Below are positions 19,085-28,715 of a stretch of 40,554 nt of DNA, piece by piece (within the stretch, counting starts at the first letter, position 1; every line of letters begins with the position of its first letter). A model generated the notes under the pieces. That model saw only the letters and a program-made list of their open reading frames with translations, was not told the origin of the DNA and ran no database searches. Source of the DNA: Acidobacteriota bacterium (GTDB taxonomy: Bacteria > Acidobacteriota > UBA6911 > JACQSX01); contig DASXQR010000133.1 in the NCBI GenBank assembly GCA_036507075.1, forward strand, positions 1 to 40,554. Direction: 5' to 3'. The position numbers were made by a program, and so were the translations under genes.

Positions 19085-20926
19085 CTAGTTCGGGTCTCCC
19101 GCGATGACGCAATCGGACCAGACCAGCCCATCGCCTTCTCCATCGTCGGTCCAGATCACGCCGTCGCCGGAACCGTCGACCGGCAGGATCTCGTCTGTCC
19201 AGGTCAGCCCGTCGCTCCATATGATTCCGTCCAACGGGTCAGGCAACACGTCGGTCCAGATGATTCCGTCAGCAAAAGCGACACTGTTCGCCGAGAAGAA
19301 CCCGTCGGCCCAGTTTGCCGGTGGAGGCAGAAGCTCGGAACCTGTGACCAGAGAACCTGTCCAAACCTTCCCTGAACCCCACAAACCGCGCCGCAGGGGA
19401 TCAACGAGAACGCCGTAACCCACGCGCTTGCCGAAAGCAACCGCACCTCCAGCCCAGACATCCTGGCCCTGCAGAGTCCACTTGGGAGAGACGCCGGCGG
19501 TAAGTTTCTTAAGAGCAGGGTTTGCGGCCCTTGCAAGCTCGACGCCAGTGCAGGCATTCACCAGGCCATTACCCTGTTCCAGAATATTGGGCTGCGTCAG
19601 CTTAATGGCCGATGCAAGCAGGGCTATCTTCACAGCGTTGGGTTTGAGCGAAGGATTGGCTTCGAGAAGCAGCGCCACAGTTCCAGTGACGTAAGCGCTC
19701 GCCATGCTTGAACCGCTCATACTGCGGAAGGTGCCATCCAACATCAGGTTGGGATGATTGTTCGCGATAGTGCTGTTTATGACATTGACCACCGGGATGT
19801 TGTTTCCGGGCGCACACAGGTCAGGTTTCATCAGGCGGTCCATAAACGTTGGACCTCGGGAGCCGTAGGTTGTAGCAATAAAGTTGGCGTGGGCCGCAGC
19901 GCCCCGGGTGTTGATCGGGGAAACGGTTATGACAGCCGGGTGATTACCGGGACTGTTGATCGTACCGTAGATCTTGGAGTACCTGCTGTTTTTGCCGTTG
20001 TTGCCCGACGATGCCACCACCACGATTCCGGAACTGACCAGTCTTCCGACCGCGATACACAGCGGGTCAGTCTTGTACGACTCGATGGGCAAATGGCCCA
20101 GGGAAAAATTCGCCACGCGCACGTTGTAGGTCGCGCCATTGGCAATCAACCAGTCGATAGCTTTTATCAGATTACTGGTCGTGCCGCTGCCCATGTTGTT
20201 GACCACCTTAAGGTCCAGAAAACGGACTTCTGGAGCGACACCCACGTAGCCCCCGCCTGCCTTGGCGCCGATCAGTCCGGCGATCGCAGTTCCATGCCCG
20301 TACCCATCATTTGTCTTCGGATCGCCCGGGACTGCCGTTCCAGAAGTGAAATCCAGAGTGACCTGGATGCGGCCGTTGGTAAGATCGGGAGGCTGGGTGC
20401 TTATTCCGGAATCAAAAACAGCGACGGTGACGTTCTTGCCCGTATAACCGCTCTGATTCATCCGGTCTGAGCCGATTGCAGCCATGGTGCTGGCATTCAC
20501 GCTGGCGGCAGAATGAGTCTGGATCGCGGCATCCAGGGTCACGTAATCGACTACGTCAGAATCAAGCAGCGCCTGAATCTGATCAGAAGTAAGGCGAGCA
20601 GTGTACCCGTTGACGAGCCGCAGCACGTTGCCTGTGCCGATTTCCCGCCGGGCGGCACCCTCAACACTTTCGAAGTATTCCGGGTTCACCCGCACGATGA
20701 CAGGGAGGCGCGCGCTTTCGTCGGTCCGCTGCCGCATCCCGACCTGCGCGCTCAGAGCCGGCGAGATCTTGTGTGCGTATCGCTCCAGTGGATTGTGTGA
20801 CGTCTGCCGGCGCCCATAGGACGGAAGCACAACGGCGAAAGACAGGAATGCGAAGAGGGGTATCGCCAAAACGATCCCGCGCTTCACTGAGTTGCTTGTT
20901 TTCTTCTTTTTCATCAAGGATTTCAT
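19085..20926 (-). CDS. Secreted S8 (subtilisin/AprX-like) serine protease with C-terminal Trp-Asp repeats
   Basis: Signal peptide, I9-like propeptide, triad VAVFDSG / DGYGHGT / SGSSMA, oxyanion SSGN; tail with five DG-x-x-W-[TS]-D units. Confidence 0.93.
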   Translation of the reverse strand: MKSLMKKKKTSNSVKRGIVLAIPLFAFLSFAVVLPSYGRRQTSHNPLERYAHKISPALSAQVGMRQRTDESARLPVIVRVNPEYFESVEGAARREIGTGNVLRLVNGYTARLTSDQIQALLDSDVVDYVTLDAAIQTHSAASVNASTMAAIGSDRMNQSGYTGKNVTVAVFDSGISTQPPDLTNGRIQVTLDFTSGTAVPGDPKTNDGYGHGTAIAGLIGAKAGGGYVGVAPEVRFLDLKVVNNMGSGTTSNLIKAIDWLIANGATYNVRVANFSLGHLPIESYKTDPLCIAVGRLVSSGIVVVASSGNNGKNSRYSKIYGTINSPGNHPAVITVSPINTRGAAAHANFIATTYGSRGPTFMDRLMKPDLCAPGNNIPVVNVINSTIANNHPNLMLDGTFRSMSGSSMASAYVTGTVALLLEANPSLKPNAVKIALLASAIKLTQPNILEQGNGLVNACTGVELARAANPALKKLTAGVSPKWTLQGQDVWAGGAVAFGKRVGYGVLVDPLRRGLWGSGKVWTGSLVTGSELLPPPANWADGFFSANSVAFADGIIWTDVLPDPLDGIIWSDGLTWTDEILPVDGSGDGVIWTDDGEGDGLVWSDCVIAGDPN

Positions 20927-20976
20927 TTCTTAATTGCTGTGTCTCGCTACATTGAATAATTTGCGAACAGGGCATA

Positions 20977-20992
20977 AGCAAACGATGTGCCA
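20977..20992 (-). promoter_or_regulatory. Sigma54 (-24/-12) promoter of the S8 protease gene
   Basis: Minus strand TGGCAC-ATCGT-TTGCT, exact GG-N10-GC spacing, 50 nt upstream of ATG 20926. Confidence 0.85.
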
Positions 20993-21080
20993 TGGACGAG
21001 GGGAGGGGAAGTGAAAAGGGTGTTTTGGATCACGCCGGTCGCGTTCCGGTCAGCATTCACGGCCCGATACGCAAATGTGC

Positions 21081-21109
21081 CGGTTTTCGTGACAGCTCTC
21101 ACGAAACCG
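21081..21109. promoter_or_regulatory. Palindrome between kinase and protease genes (operator/enhancer or terminator)
   Basis: CGGTTTTCGTGA-cagctc-TCACGAAACCG. Confidence 0.4.
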
Positions 21110-21189
21110 CCCGGCCATTCCGTCGAGTGTCAATTAAAAGTCGTAGAAGGAGGGGTGAGACAAGATTTTGACATTTTGCCTGCCGTGGA

Positions 21190-23688
21190 TCAGGCCACGC
21201 CCTGCTGCGCGGAGTTGGCGCTGGGGAATTCGCCTGGCTTCAGCGTTTCAGCGATGATCCGTCCCACATCTTCCAATTTGAAGGGCTTTACCAGCACCGC
21301 CCTGAAGCCGTGTTCCCTGTAATTGGCCATGACCGGATCTTTGGAATAACCGCTGGTCACAATAGCGGTGACTTTCGGATCAATTTCGAGAAGCTTTCGA
21401 ATAGTTTCCTTGCCGCCCATACCGCCCGCGATGGTCAGATCCATAATCACCGCATCAAAGGGAGAGCCGGAGGTGAGGGCTTCTTGATACAGGCTGATGG
21501 CTTCCGTTCCATCGGCTGCGGCGTCCACCGCATATCCCAGGCCGTTTAAGAGCTCTTTCATCGAGTCCCGAATCATTTCTTCATCATCCATCACCAGCAC
21601 CTTGCCTTTTCCGGCAAGCAGTTTCTCCTGTTCCAGCGGACGCTCCTGGACGGGAGAGTGCGAGGCGGGGAGATAGAAAATGAAAGTACTTCCCGCGCCG
21701 ATTTTTGAATCCACGGTCAAATGCCCGTGGTGTCTCTGGATGATCGAGTACGTGCTGGCCAGACCGAGCCCGGTACCCTTTGGTTTGGTGGTGAAATAGG
21801 GATCGAAGATGCGCGGCAGATCGAGGGGCGAAATTCCAACGCCGTGATCCTGAACTGAGACCATCACGTATTCGCCTTCCGTAAGATCGTCAGCGGGGTG
21901 ATTGGCGCCAACCTTGACGTTCTGCGCCCGCACTGTGATGGTTCCACCATCGGGCATGGCCTGCTGGGCGTTAAGCACAAGATTATTCATTACCTGGTTG
22001 ATCTGGCCTTCGTCGATCTCCACTGCGAGCAGATCGTCGGAAATCTGGAAGTCACAGCGCACGTTGGATCCTCGAAGCGCGAACACCGAGGAGTCGCGCA
22101 GCAGGTTCTTGATGGAAGCTATCTTCTTGATGGGAGCGCCGCCCCGGGCGAACGTCAATAGTTGATGCGTCAGCGCAGTTGCCATTTGGGTCGCTTCCTC
22201 AATGCTGGTCAGAAACTTTGCAGGATCTTTGCTCTTCTCCACCGCCCGCTGCGCAAGCTGGGTTTTGAGAAGAATTCCCGCCAGAATATTGTTGAAGTCG
22301 TGCGCAATACCTCCCGCCAGAATGCCCAGCGATTCCAGCTTCTGCGTCTTAATCAACTCCCGTTCCATTCTCTGCTGATCTGTCATATCGCGGAAGACGA
22401 GAACCACGCCCAAAATGTTGCCTGCTTTGTCTCGAATGGGAGCCGCGGTGTTGTCAATGCTGCGCTCGCTGCCGTCCCAACTGATGATCGACGTGTCCTT
22501 GGCATCGAAGCCGATGATCTGCCCGGTGCGCAACACTCGCTCCACCGGATTTTCGCAGCGCTGGCGGTTATGGCTGTTGATGATGTTGAATACTTCGGCC
22601 AGGGGCCTGCCCGCCGCCTCGATTTGGGAGCGGCCGATCAGAGTCTCGGCAATGTTGTTGATCAGCAGCACGATGCCTCTGGTGTCGGTGGCAATCACCC
22701 CGTCACCGATACTTCGCAGCGTAACCGCCAGGCGCTCCTTTTCCGCGGCCAGCTCAATTTCAGCTTCGATGCGCTCGTTAATCTCAAAGCGGAGTTGTTC
22801 GTTTGCATTGCGCAACTCGGCGGTTCTCTCCAGTACCCGGATTTCCAGTTCTTCCTTGGATCTCTGAAGCGCCTTTTCTGCCTCTATCTTCTGCGTCAGG
22901 AGAGCGTTGACTTCACTCAAATGCTGCAATGCCTGCTGAATTCGGTCCTGATTTACTTTGTAGGCGTAGTACATCAGGAGCGTGATAGGCAGCGTAAGGA
23001 TTACCGAATAAAACTCATATCTCTGGAAATAGAGGAAGATCACTGCCCCAAGGGAAGCGCCGACCACGTGGGTGATCGAAGTGGACAGAAGATTCTGGAC
23101 CCAGATATCGACCACCGGCTGCTTGGTTGTCAACGACATGGCAATTACCAGCAAGCCGGAGCTCAGGATGAAGTAGATTACACCGCAAAAAGCGCACTCA
23201 ATCAGAAACCGGGTAAAGTCCCGAGGATATCCGGGATCCAGCGGGACTGGTTTGCGCTCGATGGCATAAAGCACCAAGCCGACAAGAAAGGCGGAAATGG
23301 CCAGTTGCGCCACGTTAAAGTACAGCTTGTAAGGCTTTACTTTGGTTCTCAGTGAGGTGGTGATTCCCTCGAGCACTGCAATCGTCACCATTACGGCCGG
23401 TCCAAACAGCAGCAGCGCAGCGAAATTAAAAACGTCGCTTACGGTAATGGCGATGCTGGTTCCCTTGCGAAGCGGGATTCGCAGCGGAAAACAGCTCACT
23501 ATCACGGTACTGGCGGCCAAAAACAGCCAGCGCTTGTCGGAAACCAGAAACGACCAGTAAAGAGAGCCTAAGAAGATGGGCAGGCCGACAGGCAGGATCA
23601 GCAGTATGTAAAGCCTGGCCGGAGAGGGGACGGGATTCCTAAAGATGCTGTCCCAGATCTTATTTACGGTGCTTTCGTATTGGAACAA
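21190..23688 (-). CDS. Hybrid sensor histidine kinase (multi-TM sensor, coiled coil, PAS, HisKA, HATPase, REC)
   Basis: TLRSIGDGVIATD PAS, H-box AGGIAHDFNNIL, NLVLNA, DHGVGI, FTTK..GTGLGL, REC VMDDE/IMDL/KPF; TTG start uncertain. Confidence 0.95.
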   Translation of the reverse strand: MFQYESTVNKIWDSIFRNPVPSPARLYILLILPVGLPIFLGSLYWSFLVSDKRWLFLAASTVIVSCFPLRIPLRKGTSIAITVSDVFNFAALLLFGPAVMVTIAVLEGITTSLRTKVKPYKLYFNVAQLAISAFLVGLVLYAIERKPVPLDPGYPRDFTRFLIECAFCGVIYFILSSGLLVIAMSLTTKQPVVDIWVQNLLSTSITHVVGASLGAVIFLYFQRYEFYSVILTLPITLLMYYAYKVNQDRIQQALQHLSEVNALLTQKIEAEKALQRSKEELEIRVLERTAELRNANEQLRFEINERIEAEIELAAEKERLAVTLRSIGDGVIATDTRGIVLLINNIAETLIGRSQIEAAGRPLAEVFNIINSHNRQRCENPVERVLRTGQIIGFDAKDTSIISWDGSERSIDNTAAPIRDKAGNILGVVLVFRDMTDQQRMERELIKTQKLESLGILAGGIAHDFNNILAGILLKTQLAQRAVEKSKDPAKFLTSIEEATQMATALTHQLLTFARGGAPIKKIASIKNLLRDSSVFALRGSNVRCDFQISDDLLAVEIDEGQINQVMNNLVLNAQQAMPDGGTITVRAQNVKVGANHPADDLTEGEYVMVSVQDHGVGISPLDLPRIFDPYFTTKPKGTGLGLASTYSIIQRHHGHLTVDSKIGAGSTFIFYLPASHSPVQERPLEQEKLLAGKGKVLVMDDEEMIRDSMKELLNGLGYAVDAAADGTEAISLYQEALTSGSPFDAVIMDLTIAGGMGGKETIRKLLEIDPKVTAIVTSGYSKDPVMANYREHGFRAVLVKPFKLEDVGRIIAETLKPGEFPSANSAQQGVA

Positions 23689-23918
23689 GGGACGAAGTAT
23701 CCAAAGTGGATCTCTTTGAAAATCCGGAAGAAATCATCCTTTTTCCGGCAAAACTCAACTCCTCGAAAAGGAGTGGGTGCAGTTGCTTAACACAAAAACC
23801 TACCATACGGCGTTATTCCCAATCAATGGAAAAGCCCGAAGCGCGCAGATCTGGCAGCCGCAGTCGGCCCAAATTGGGACCTTGTGGCACAGCATACCAG
23901 CGGCCGGTGTGCGGGCGA

Positions 23919-25001
23919 TCACGCAGCCGGAATGAAGAAAAAGGCGAGAGAAAAGATAACGTAGACGGCGAGCAGCAGCACCCCTTCCATCCAGTTGGAT
24001 TCGCCGTCCTGAGCGGTCAGAAAAACAACACTCACCGCCAAAACCAGCGCCACCACCTCAAATGTGGTAAACAGCAGATTCATCGGCGTGCCTATCGCGT
24101 AGCTCAAGAAGACCAGCACGGGCGAAACAAACAGCGCTATCTGCATGCTCGAACCGATGGCGATGTGAAATGACAAATCCATCTGGTTTTTGCGCGCGGC
24201 AAGAATAGCGGTGCTGTGTTCGGCGGCATTTCCTACTACTGCCACTACCACCACTCCCACGAACAGCTCCGTCATGCCCAGGGCTTTCGAGGCCGCTTCC
24301 ACCGAGTGCACCAGCAGCTCGCTCATCCAGGCAATCAGCGCAGTGGCTCCCAGCAGGATCAGAATGGACCCCTTCAATCCCCTCCTGGGAATACCTTCAT
24401 GCTTGTGGTCACCGTGGTAAAGGTCCTTGTGCGTGTGCAGGGTGAAAATCAGACTGAGGACATAAGTCAAGAAAAGAACGATCGATATCTCGAGGCTTAG
24501 ACCGGCTTCCGCCGTGGACCTGCCCGCGGTGATGGAGTGAAATATGGCGGGTACCACAAGGCCGACCGCGCTTAGCACCATTAAAGTAGAGCTCATACTG
24601 GCAGCCGTGCGGTTGAACTTCTGCTGTTTGAACTTGAGTCCTCCCACCAGCGCGCTCAGTCCCAATACCAGCAGGCTGTTACCCAATATGGATCCCGTGA
24701 TTGAAGCCTTGACGATATCTACTAAACCGGCGCGTATACCTTGCAGCGCGATGATCATCTCGGCAGCGTTACCGAAGGTTGCGTTCAGCAGCGCTCCGAT
24801 GCCGGCGCCAAGATGATCTGCCAGCGTCTCAGTGGCCTTTCCCATCCATCCCGCAAGAGGAATGATGGCCAGTGCCGAGCAGGCAAATACCCAGACGGGG
24901 TCCGCATCCCGGAAATGGAGGATGGCTGCCAGAGGGATGAAGACCAGCAGCAGATCCAATGCATGGTCGGAAAGAAAGCGATTTGATTTGATATTTGTCA
25001 T
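23919..25001 (-). CDS. cax: Calcium/proton antiporter (CaCA family, CAX/ChaA type)
   Basis: Alpha-repeats [10 protein letters not shown] and [26 protein letters not shown]. Confidence 0.93.
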   Translation of the reverse strand: MTNIKSNRFLSDHALDLLLVFIPLAAILHFRDADPVWVFACSALAIIPLAGWMGKATETLADHLGAGIGALLNATFGNAAEMIIALQGIRAGLVDIVKASITGSILGNSLLVLGLSALVGGLKFKQQKFNRTAASMSSTLMVLSAVGLVVPAIFHSITAGRSTAEAGLSLEISIVLFLTYVLSLIFTLHTHKDLYHGDHKHEGIPRRGLKGSILILLGATALIAWMSELLVHSVEAASKALGMTELFVGVVVVAVVGNAAEHSTAILAARKNQMDLSFHIAIGSSMQIALFVSPVLVFLSYAIGTPMNLLFTTFEVVALVLAVSVVFLTAQDGESNWMEGVLLLAVYVIFSLAFFFIPAA

Positions 25002-25158
25002 CGGGACGAGGGTTCAGCGCGGCTGCGGCGAATGTTGCGAGTCCATTGAATCATGATACGATTCCCCACACGAAACCCTGCAGGGAGTAGCGCTTTTCCG
25101 AGCATCGCGAATCTTTGGAAAATGAATCCGGACTTCAACAGTTCAAAGGAGCACTATT

Positions 25159-25371
25159 ATGGCAGAGAAGGTGGAGAGAGCAGGAGTGAAGCGTGAAAAG
25201 GGATATGTTTATTTCATTGATCAAGAGGGCGATATCTCCCGCTCTAAGACGGGGCAGAAGGGCCGGAAAGAAAAAATCAGTAAGATCGGGCTGAAACGGG
25301 AAAAAGGCTACTTATATTTTATTGACTCTGATGGAGACATCAGCCGGTCTCCGATGAAACGCCGCACCTAG
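25159..25371 (+). CDS. Small basic protein made of two tandem ~27-aa repeats, function unknown
   Basis: RBS AAGGAG; EKVERAGVKREKGYVYFIDQEGDISRS / EKISKIGLKREKGYLYFIDSDGDISRS. Confidence 0.85.
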   Translation: MAEKVERAGVKREKGYVYFIDQEGDISRSKTGQKGRKEKISKIGLKREKGYLYFIDSDGDISRSPMKRRT

Positions 25372-25415
25372 TAATTTAGTTGCATAAGTTTCCGAGTGAG
25401 ATGGCGGAGATGGGC

Positions 25416-26735
25416 ATGGAAGCGCTCAAGAGTTTGCGCAGGGCGGACTTGCTGGAGATAGCCCGATTGGCAGGCGTACCTCAAGCGTCTCGCAAGTCAA
25501 AACAGCAGCTTGTTGAATCAATTGCAACCCTGAATTTGGCGGATCTCCCCAGGAACGCGCTTCTTTGCCTGGCTCGTCACCTGGGTCTGAAGAATCCCCA
25601 GCGCGTTTCTAAGGCGGCGCTGGCCCGAAGACTGGCGAATCACATTCAAGCGGCAGTAGTAGAGCGCCCGCAGGAACAGGAAAGCGAAGCCGCAGCAGCT
25701 TCCTGGGAGATCGATCATGCAATCCGTACTCAACTGCTGAGCAGTTCCAAAATAAGCAGCGAGCTTTCCAGTCCACCGGTTCCGGACGTACCTGAAGAGC
25801 TGGGGCTCGAGCAACTTCGTGTAACGCAAGCGAAATTCAGCCCGGGCATACGCCACCATCTGCTCATAGACCAGGAGGCCAGGCTGCCGGACGAATATGG
25901 CGTCAACAGGGCCGTGTTGCTGGTGCGCGACCCTTTCTGGCTTTTCCTGTACTGGGAAATGACTCCTGAAGCACTGGCCGTTGCCGCCAGGCAGGATTTC
26001 CAGGACAGCGTTATTCGAGTCCATGACGTAACCGGCCTTGATCCGTTTGAGAACACTTCGCGCAGCCACTTCGATGTCCTTTGCGGTTCGGCCCGATCCT
26101 GGTACATCAGTGTCCCGGGTGACGATCGCGATTATCGTGCCGAGATCGGAAGTTTGACCAAACGCGGAGAGTTTCTGTCAATCTTGAGATCAAACACGGT
26201 AAGCATGCCGCCTGCCAGAATGTCCTCCAGAGTTGAAGACCGATTTATGACCGTTCCTTTTGATCAGTCACTGCGACCCGAGGGTCAACGGGTCGAGCCC
26301 GCGCTTCGCTCAAGCGCCTGGTTCAGCAGGTACGCGCCGCTGCATCTTCGTATGGCTCGGCTTTCGGTTCCCGGAGCACCGGAACGTTCCCCCGACGAAT
26401 TGTTCGCGGCAGTCGATACGGTTTCTGGAAGGGCGCATCTCAGCGGAAGGGGGGTTGCAGAATTTGAAGTTTCGCGCCCCGGTGGCGGGCCTGCGTTGTT
26501 CTCGAAAGCCGACGGCTCCCTGTCGTTTCAGATAGGACCCGACCACGATCTGATTGGAAGGACCGACCCGGATGCCACAGTGCGCGTTAATGGAAACCCT
26601 GTTCCGCTGGACTCCCTGGGGCGGTTTCATGTCCATTTCAATGTTCCAACCGGAGGCAACCTCCGGCCTGTTCTGGCTCACTCGTCCAGCCCGGGAAAGA
26701 AGCATGAAATCGTGATTCAATGGACGCGTGCGTGA
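25416..26735 (+). CDS. DUF4912 domain protein with N-terminal Rho-N-like helical repeats
   Basis: LPDEYGVNRAVLLVRDPFWLFLYWE, RVHDVT, SWYI, YRAEIG, RSNTV; two L..(I/L)AR..G....SK..L repeats; precedes GH57; start may be 25401 or 25416 (GGAG RBS fits 25416). Confidence 0.85.
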   Translation: MEALKSLRRADLLEIARLAGVPQASRKSKQQLVESIATLNLADLPRNALLCLARHLGLKNPQRVSKAALARRLANHIQAAVVERPQEQESEAAAASWEIDHAIRTQLLSSSKISSELSSPPVPDVPEELGLEQLRVTQAKFSPGIRHHLLIDQEARLPDEYGVNRAVLLVRDPFWLFLYWEMTPEALAVAARQDFQDSVIRVHDVTGLDPFENTSRSHFDVLCGSARSWYISVPGDDRDYRAEIGSLTKRGEFLSILRSNTVSMPPARMSSRVEDRFMTVPFDQSLRPEGQRVEPALRSSAWFSRYAPLHLRMARLSVPGAPERSPDELFAAVDTVSGRAHLSGRGVAEFEVSRPGGGPALFSKADGSLSFQIGPDHDLIGRTDPDATVRVNGNPVPLDSLGRFHVHFNVPTGGNLRPVLAHSSSPGKKHEIVIQWTRA

Positions 26736-26739
26736 GAAA

Positions 26740-27072
26740 CATTGGTCATCGCTTAGAACGGGTTACCGGGTTGCGGGTTAGGGTTGCGGGTCACCGGGTT
26801 GCGGGTTAAGGTTGCGGGTTAGGGTTGCCGGGTTAGGGTTGCCGGGTTATCGGGTTACGGGTTGCCGGGTTACGAGTTACGAAGTTGTCGAATTGAAGAA
26901 CTCAAATTCAGAATTGAGCGCGGTTATTTCCATCAATTTTTGAACCTTAAATCTATAATTCGACAACCCGAACCCGTAACTCGGCAACCCGTAACCCCGG
27001 CAACCCGTAACCCGGCAACCCGGCAACCCGGTAACCCGTAACCCGGCCACCCGTTTTAACGGATGACCAATG
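26740..27072. repeat. MITE-like element with terminal inverted repeats and inverted GGGTT(A/G)(C) arrays
   Basis: CATTGGTCATC...GATGACCAATG ends; G-rich array about 26759-26880, C-rich complement about 26965-27053; inner GTTGTCGAATT/AATTCGACAAC. Confidence 0.82.
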
Positions 27073-27095
27073 ACTGATCCGACATAATTCTCACT

Positions 27096-28715
27096 ATGCC
27101 CATTGGCTATCTAGCGCTGGTTCTGCACGCACATTTACCCTTTGTACGGCATCCCGAGTATGAGTATTTCCTTGAAGAAGACTGGTTATATGAAGCCATT
27201 ACGGAAACTTACCTTCCGCTGATCGAGATATTCGACAAGCTGGTCTACGATCAGGTCCCTTTCCAGCTCACGATGACCGTGTCGCCTCCACTGGCTTCCA
27301 TGCTGGAAGACTCTCTTTTGCAGGAACGCTACCGCCATCACCTCGACAAGCTGCTGGAGTTATCGAAAAGAGAAATCGTCAGGACAAAGCAAGATCCTCA
27401 CTTCCGTTATCTGGCGGACTTTTATCGGCAGCGATTTGAATCAGCGCGCGACATCTATCTGAATCGCTATGGCGGAAATCTGATGAACGCCTTTCGGAAT
27501 TACCAGCGGCTCGGATGCCTGGAAATCATAACCTGCGGGGCCACACACGCGTTTTTGCCTAACTATGTGGTTCAGCCCCAGGTGATCCGCGCGCAGATTC
27601 AGATAGCGGCCGATCACTATCGCAAGGTATTTGGATGCAGTCCGAAGGGGATCTGGCTTCCAGAGTGCGGATACTTTCCGGGAGTGGATGAATTTCTGGC
27701 TGAAGAGGATATTCATTTCTTCTTTACCGATGCTCATGGAATTCTGCACGCGCAGCCGCGGCCGCTCTACGGAACATATGCGCCGGTCTTTTCTCCGGAC
27801 AGCGGAGTGGCGGCGTTTGGCAGGGACCTGGAATCGTCCAGGCAGGTCTGGAGCTCCAAGGAAGGCTACCCGGGAGACCCCGAGTATCGCGAGTTTTACC
27901 GCGATATTGGTTACGACCTCGATCAAGACTACATCGCGCCCTACGTTCAGCCCGACGGGAAGCGCAAACACACGGGCATCAAGTACTACCGCATCACCGG
28001 TGACGTCGGTTTGGGCGAAAAGGCGCCTTACGACCCCTATCGGGCATTGCATAAAGCCGATTTGCACGCCGGGAATTTCATGTTCAACCGCGAGAGGCAG
28101 ATCGAACACCTGTTTAGCGCAATGGGAAAGCCCCCCATCGTGGTGGCGCCCTACGACGCCGAGTTGTTCGGCCACTGGTGGTACGAGGGGCCGATATGGC
28201 TCGAGTATCTGATCCGAAAGACGGCCTATGACCAGGATGTGTTTCAGTTGATTACACCGGCAAATTTTCTAAGGAAGTTTGATACCCATCAGGCTTGCAC
28301 GCCTTCGTTCAGCAGTTGGGGAGATCAGGGATACGCATCCTACTGGCTGAACGAGACCAACGACTGGATATATCGTCACCTGCACGAAATGGGATTTCGA
28401 ATGATTGAAGCGGCGGATGGTCACACCAATCCGACAATGGTGCAGCGCCGCTTGTTAAATCAGGCTGCCCGGGAGTTGCTGCTCGCCGAGAGCAGCGACT
28501 GGGCTTTCATCATGAAGGCTGGGACCATGGTCGAGTATGCGATCAACCGCACACGCCGCCACGGAGCCAGGTTTTATCGTTTGCTTGATGATCTGAGACA
28601 CGACCGCGCCGATGAAGAGTGGCTGAAAAAGGTGGAATACCTGGACAACATTTTTCCGGACATCGACTACCGCAAGTACTGCTCGGCCCCGCAGTTCTCG
28701 AATGCGGAATGTTGA
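27096..28715 (+). CDS. GH57 1,4-alpha-glucan branching enzyme (DUF1957 C-terminus)
   Basis: LVLHAHLPFVRH, EAITETYLP, GIWLPECGY (nucleophile), PYDAELFGHWWYEG (acid/base), AESSDWAF. Confidence 0.95.
   Translation: MPIGYLALVLHAHLPFVRHPEYEYFLEEDWLYEAITETYLPLIEIFDKLVYDQVPFQLTMTVSPPLASMLEDSLLQERYRHHLDKLLELSKREIVRTKQDPHFRYLADFYRQRFESARDIYLNRYGGNLMNAFRNYQRLGCLEIITCGATHAFLPNYVVQPQVIRAQIQIAADHYRKVFGCSPKGIWLPECGYFPGVDEFLAEEDIHFFFTDAHGILHAQPRPLYGTYAPVFSPDSGVAAFGRDLESSRQVWSSKEGYPGDPEYREFYRDIGYDLDQDYIAPYVQPDGKRKHTGIKYYRITGDVGLGEKAPYDPYRALHKADLHAGNFMFNRERQIEHLFSAMGKPPIVVAPYDAELFGHWWYEGPIWLEYLIRKTAYDQDVFQLITPANFLRKFDTHQACTPSFSSWGDQGYASYWLNETNDWIYRHLHEMGFRMIEAADGHTNPTMVQRRLLNQAARELLLAESSDWAFIMKAGTMVEYAINRTRRHGARFYRLLDDLRHDRADEEWLKKVEYLDNIFPDIDYRKYCSAPQFSNAEC

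Noticed and set aside
22162..23355. 397-aa plus-strand ORF
   Set aside because: Fully antisense to the well-supported histidine kinase and has no recognisable motifs; a typical shadow ORF.
26759..26850. Eukaryotic telomere contamination (TTAGGG)
   Set aside because: The units are degenerate, mirrored by an inverted arm, and sit between two contiguous bacterial genes.
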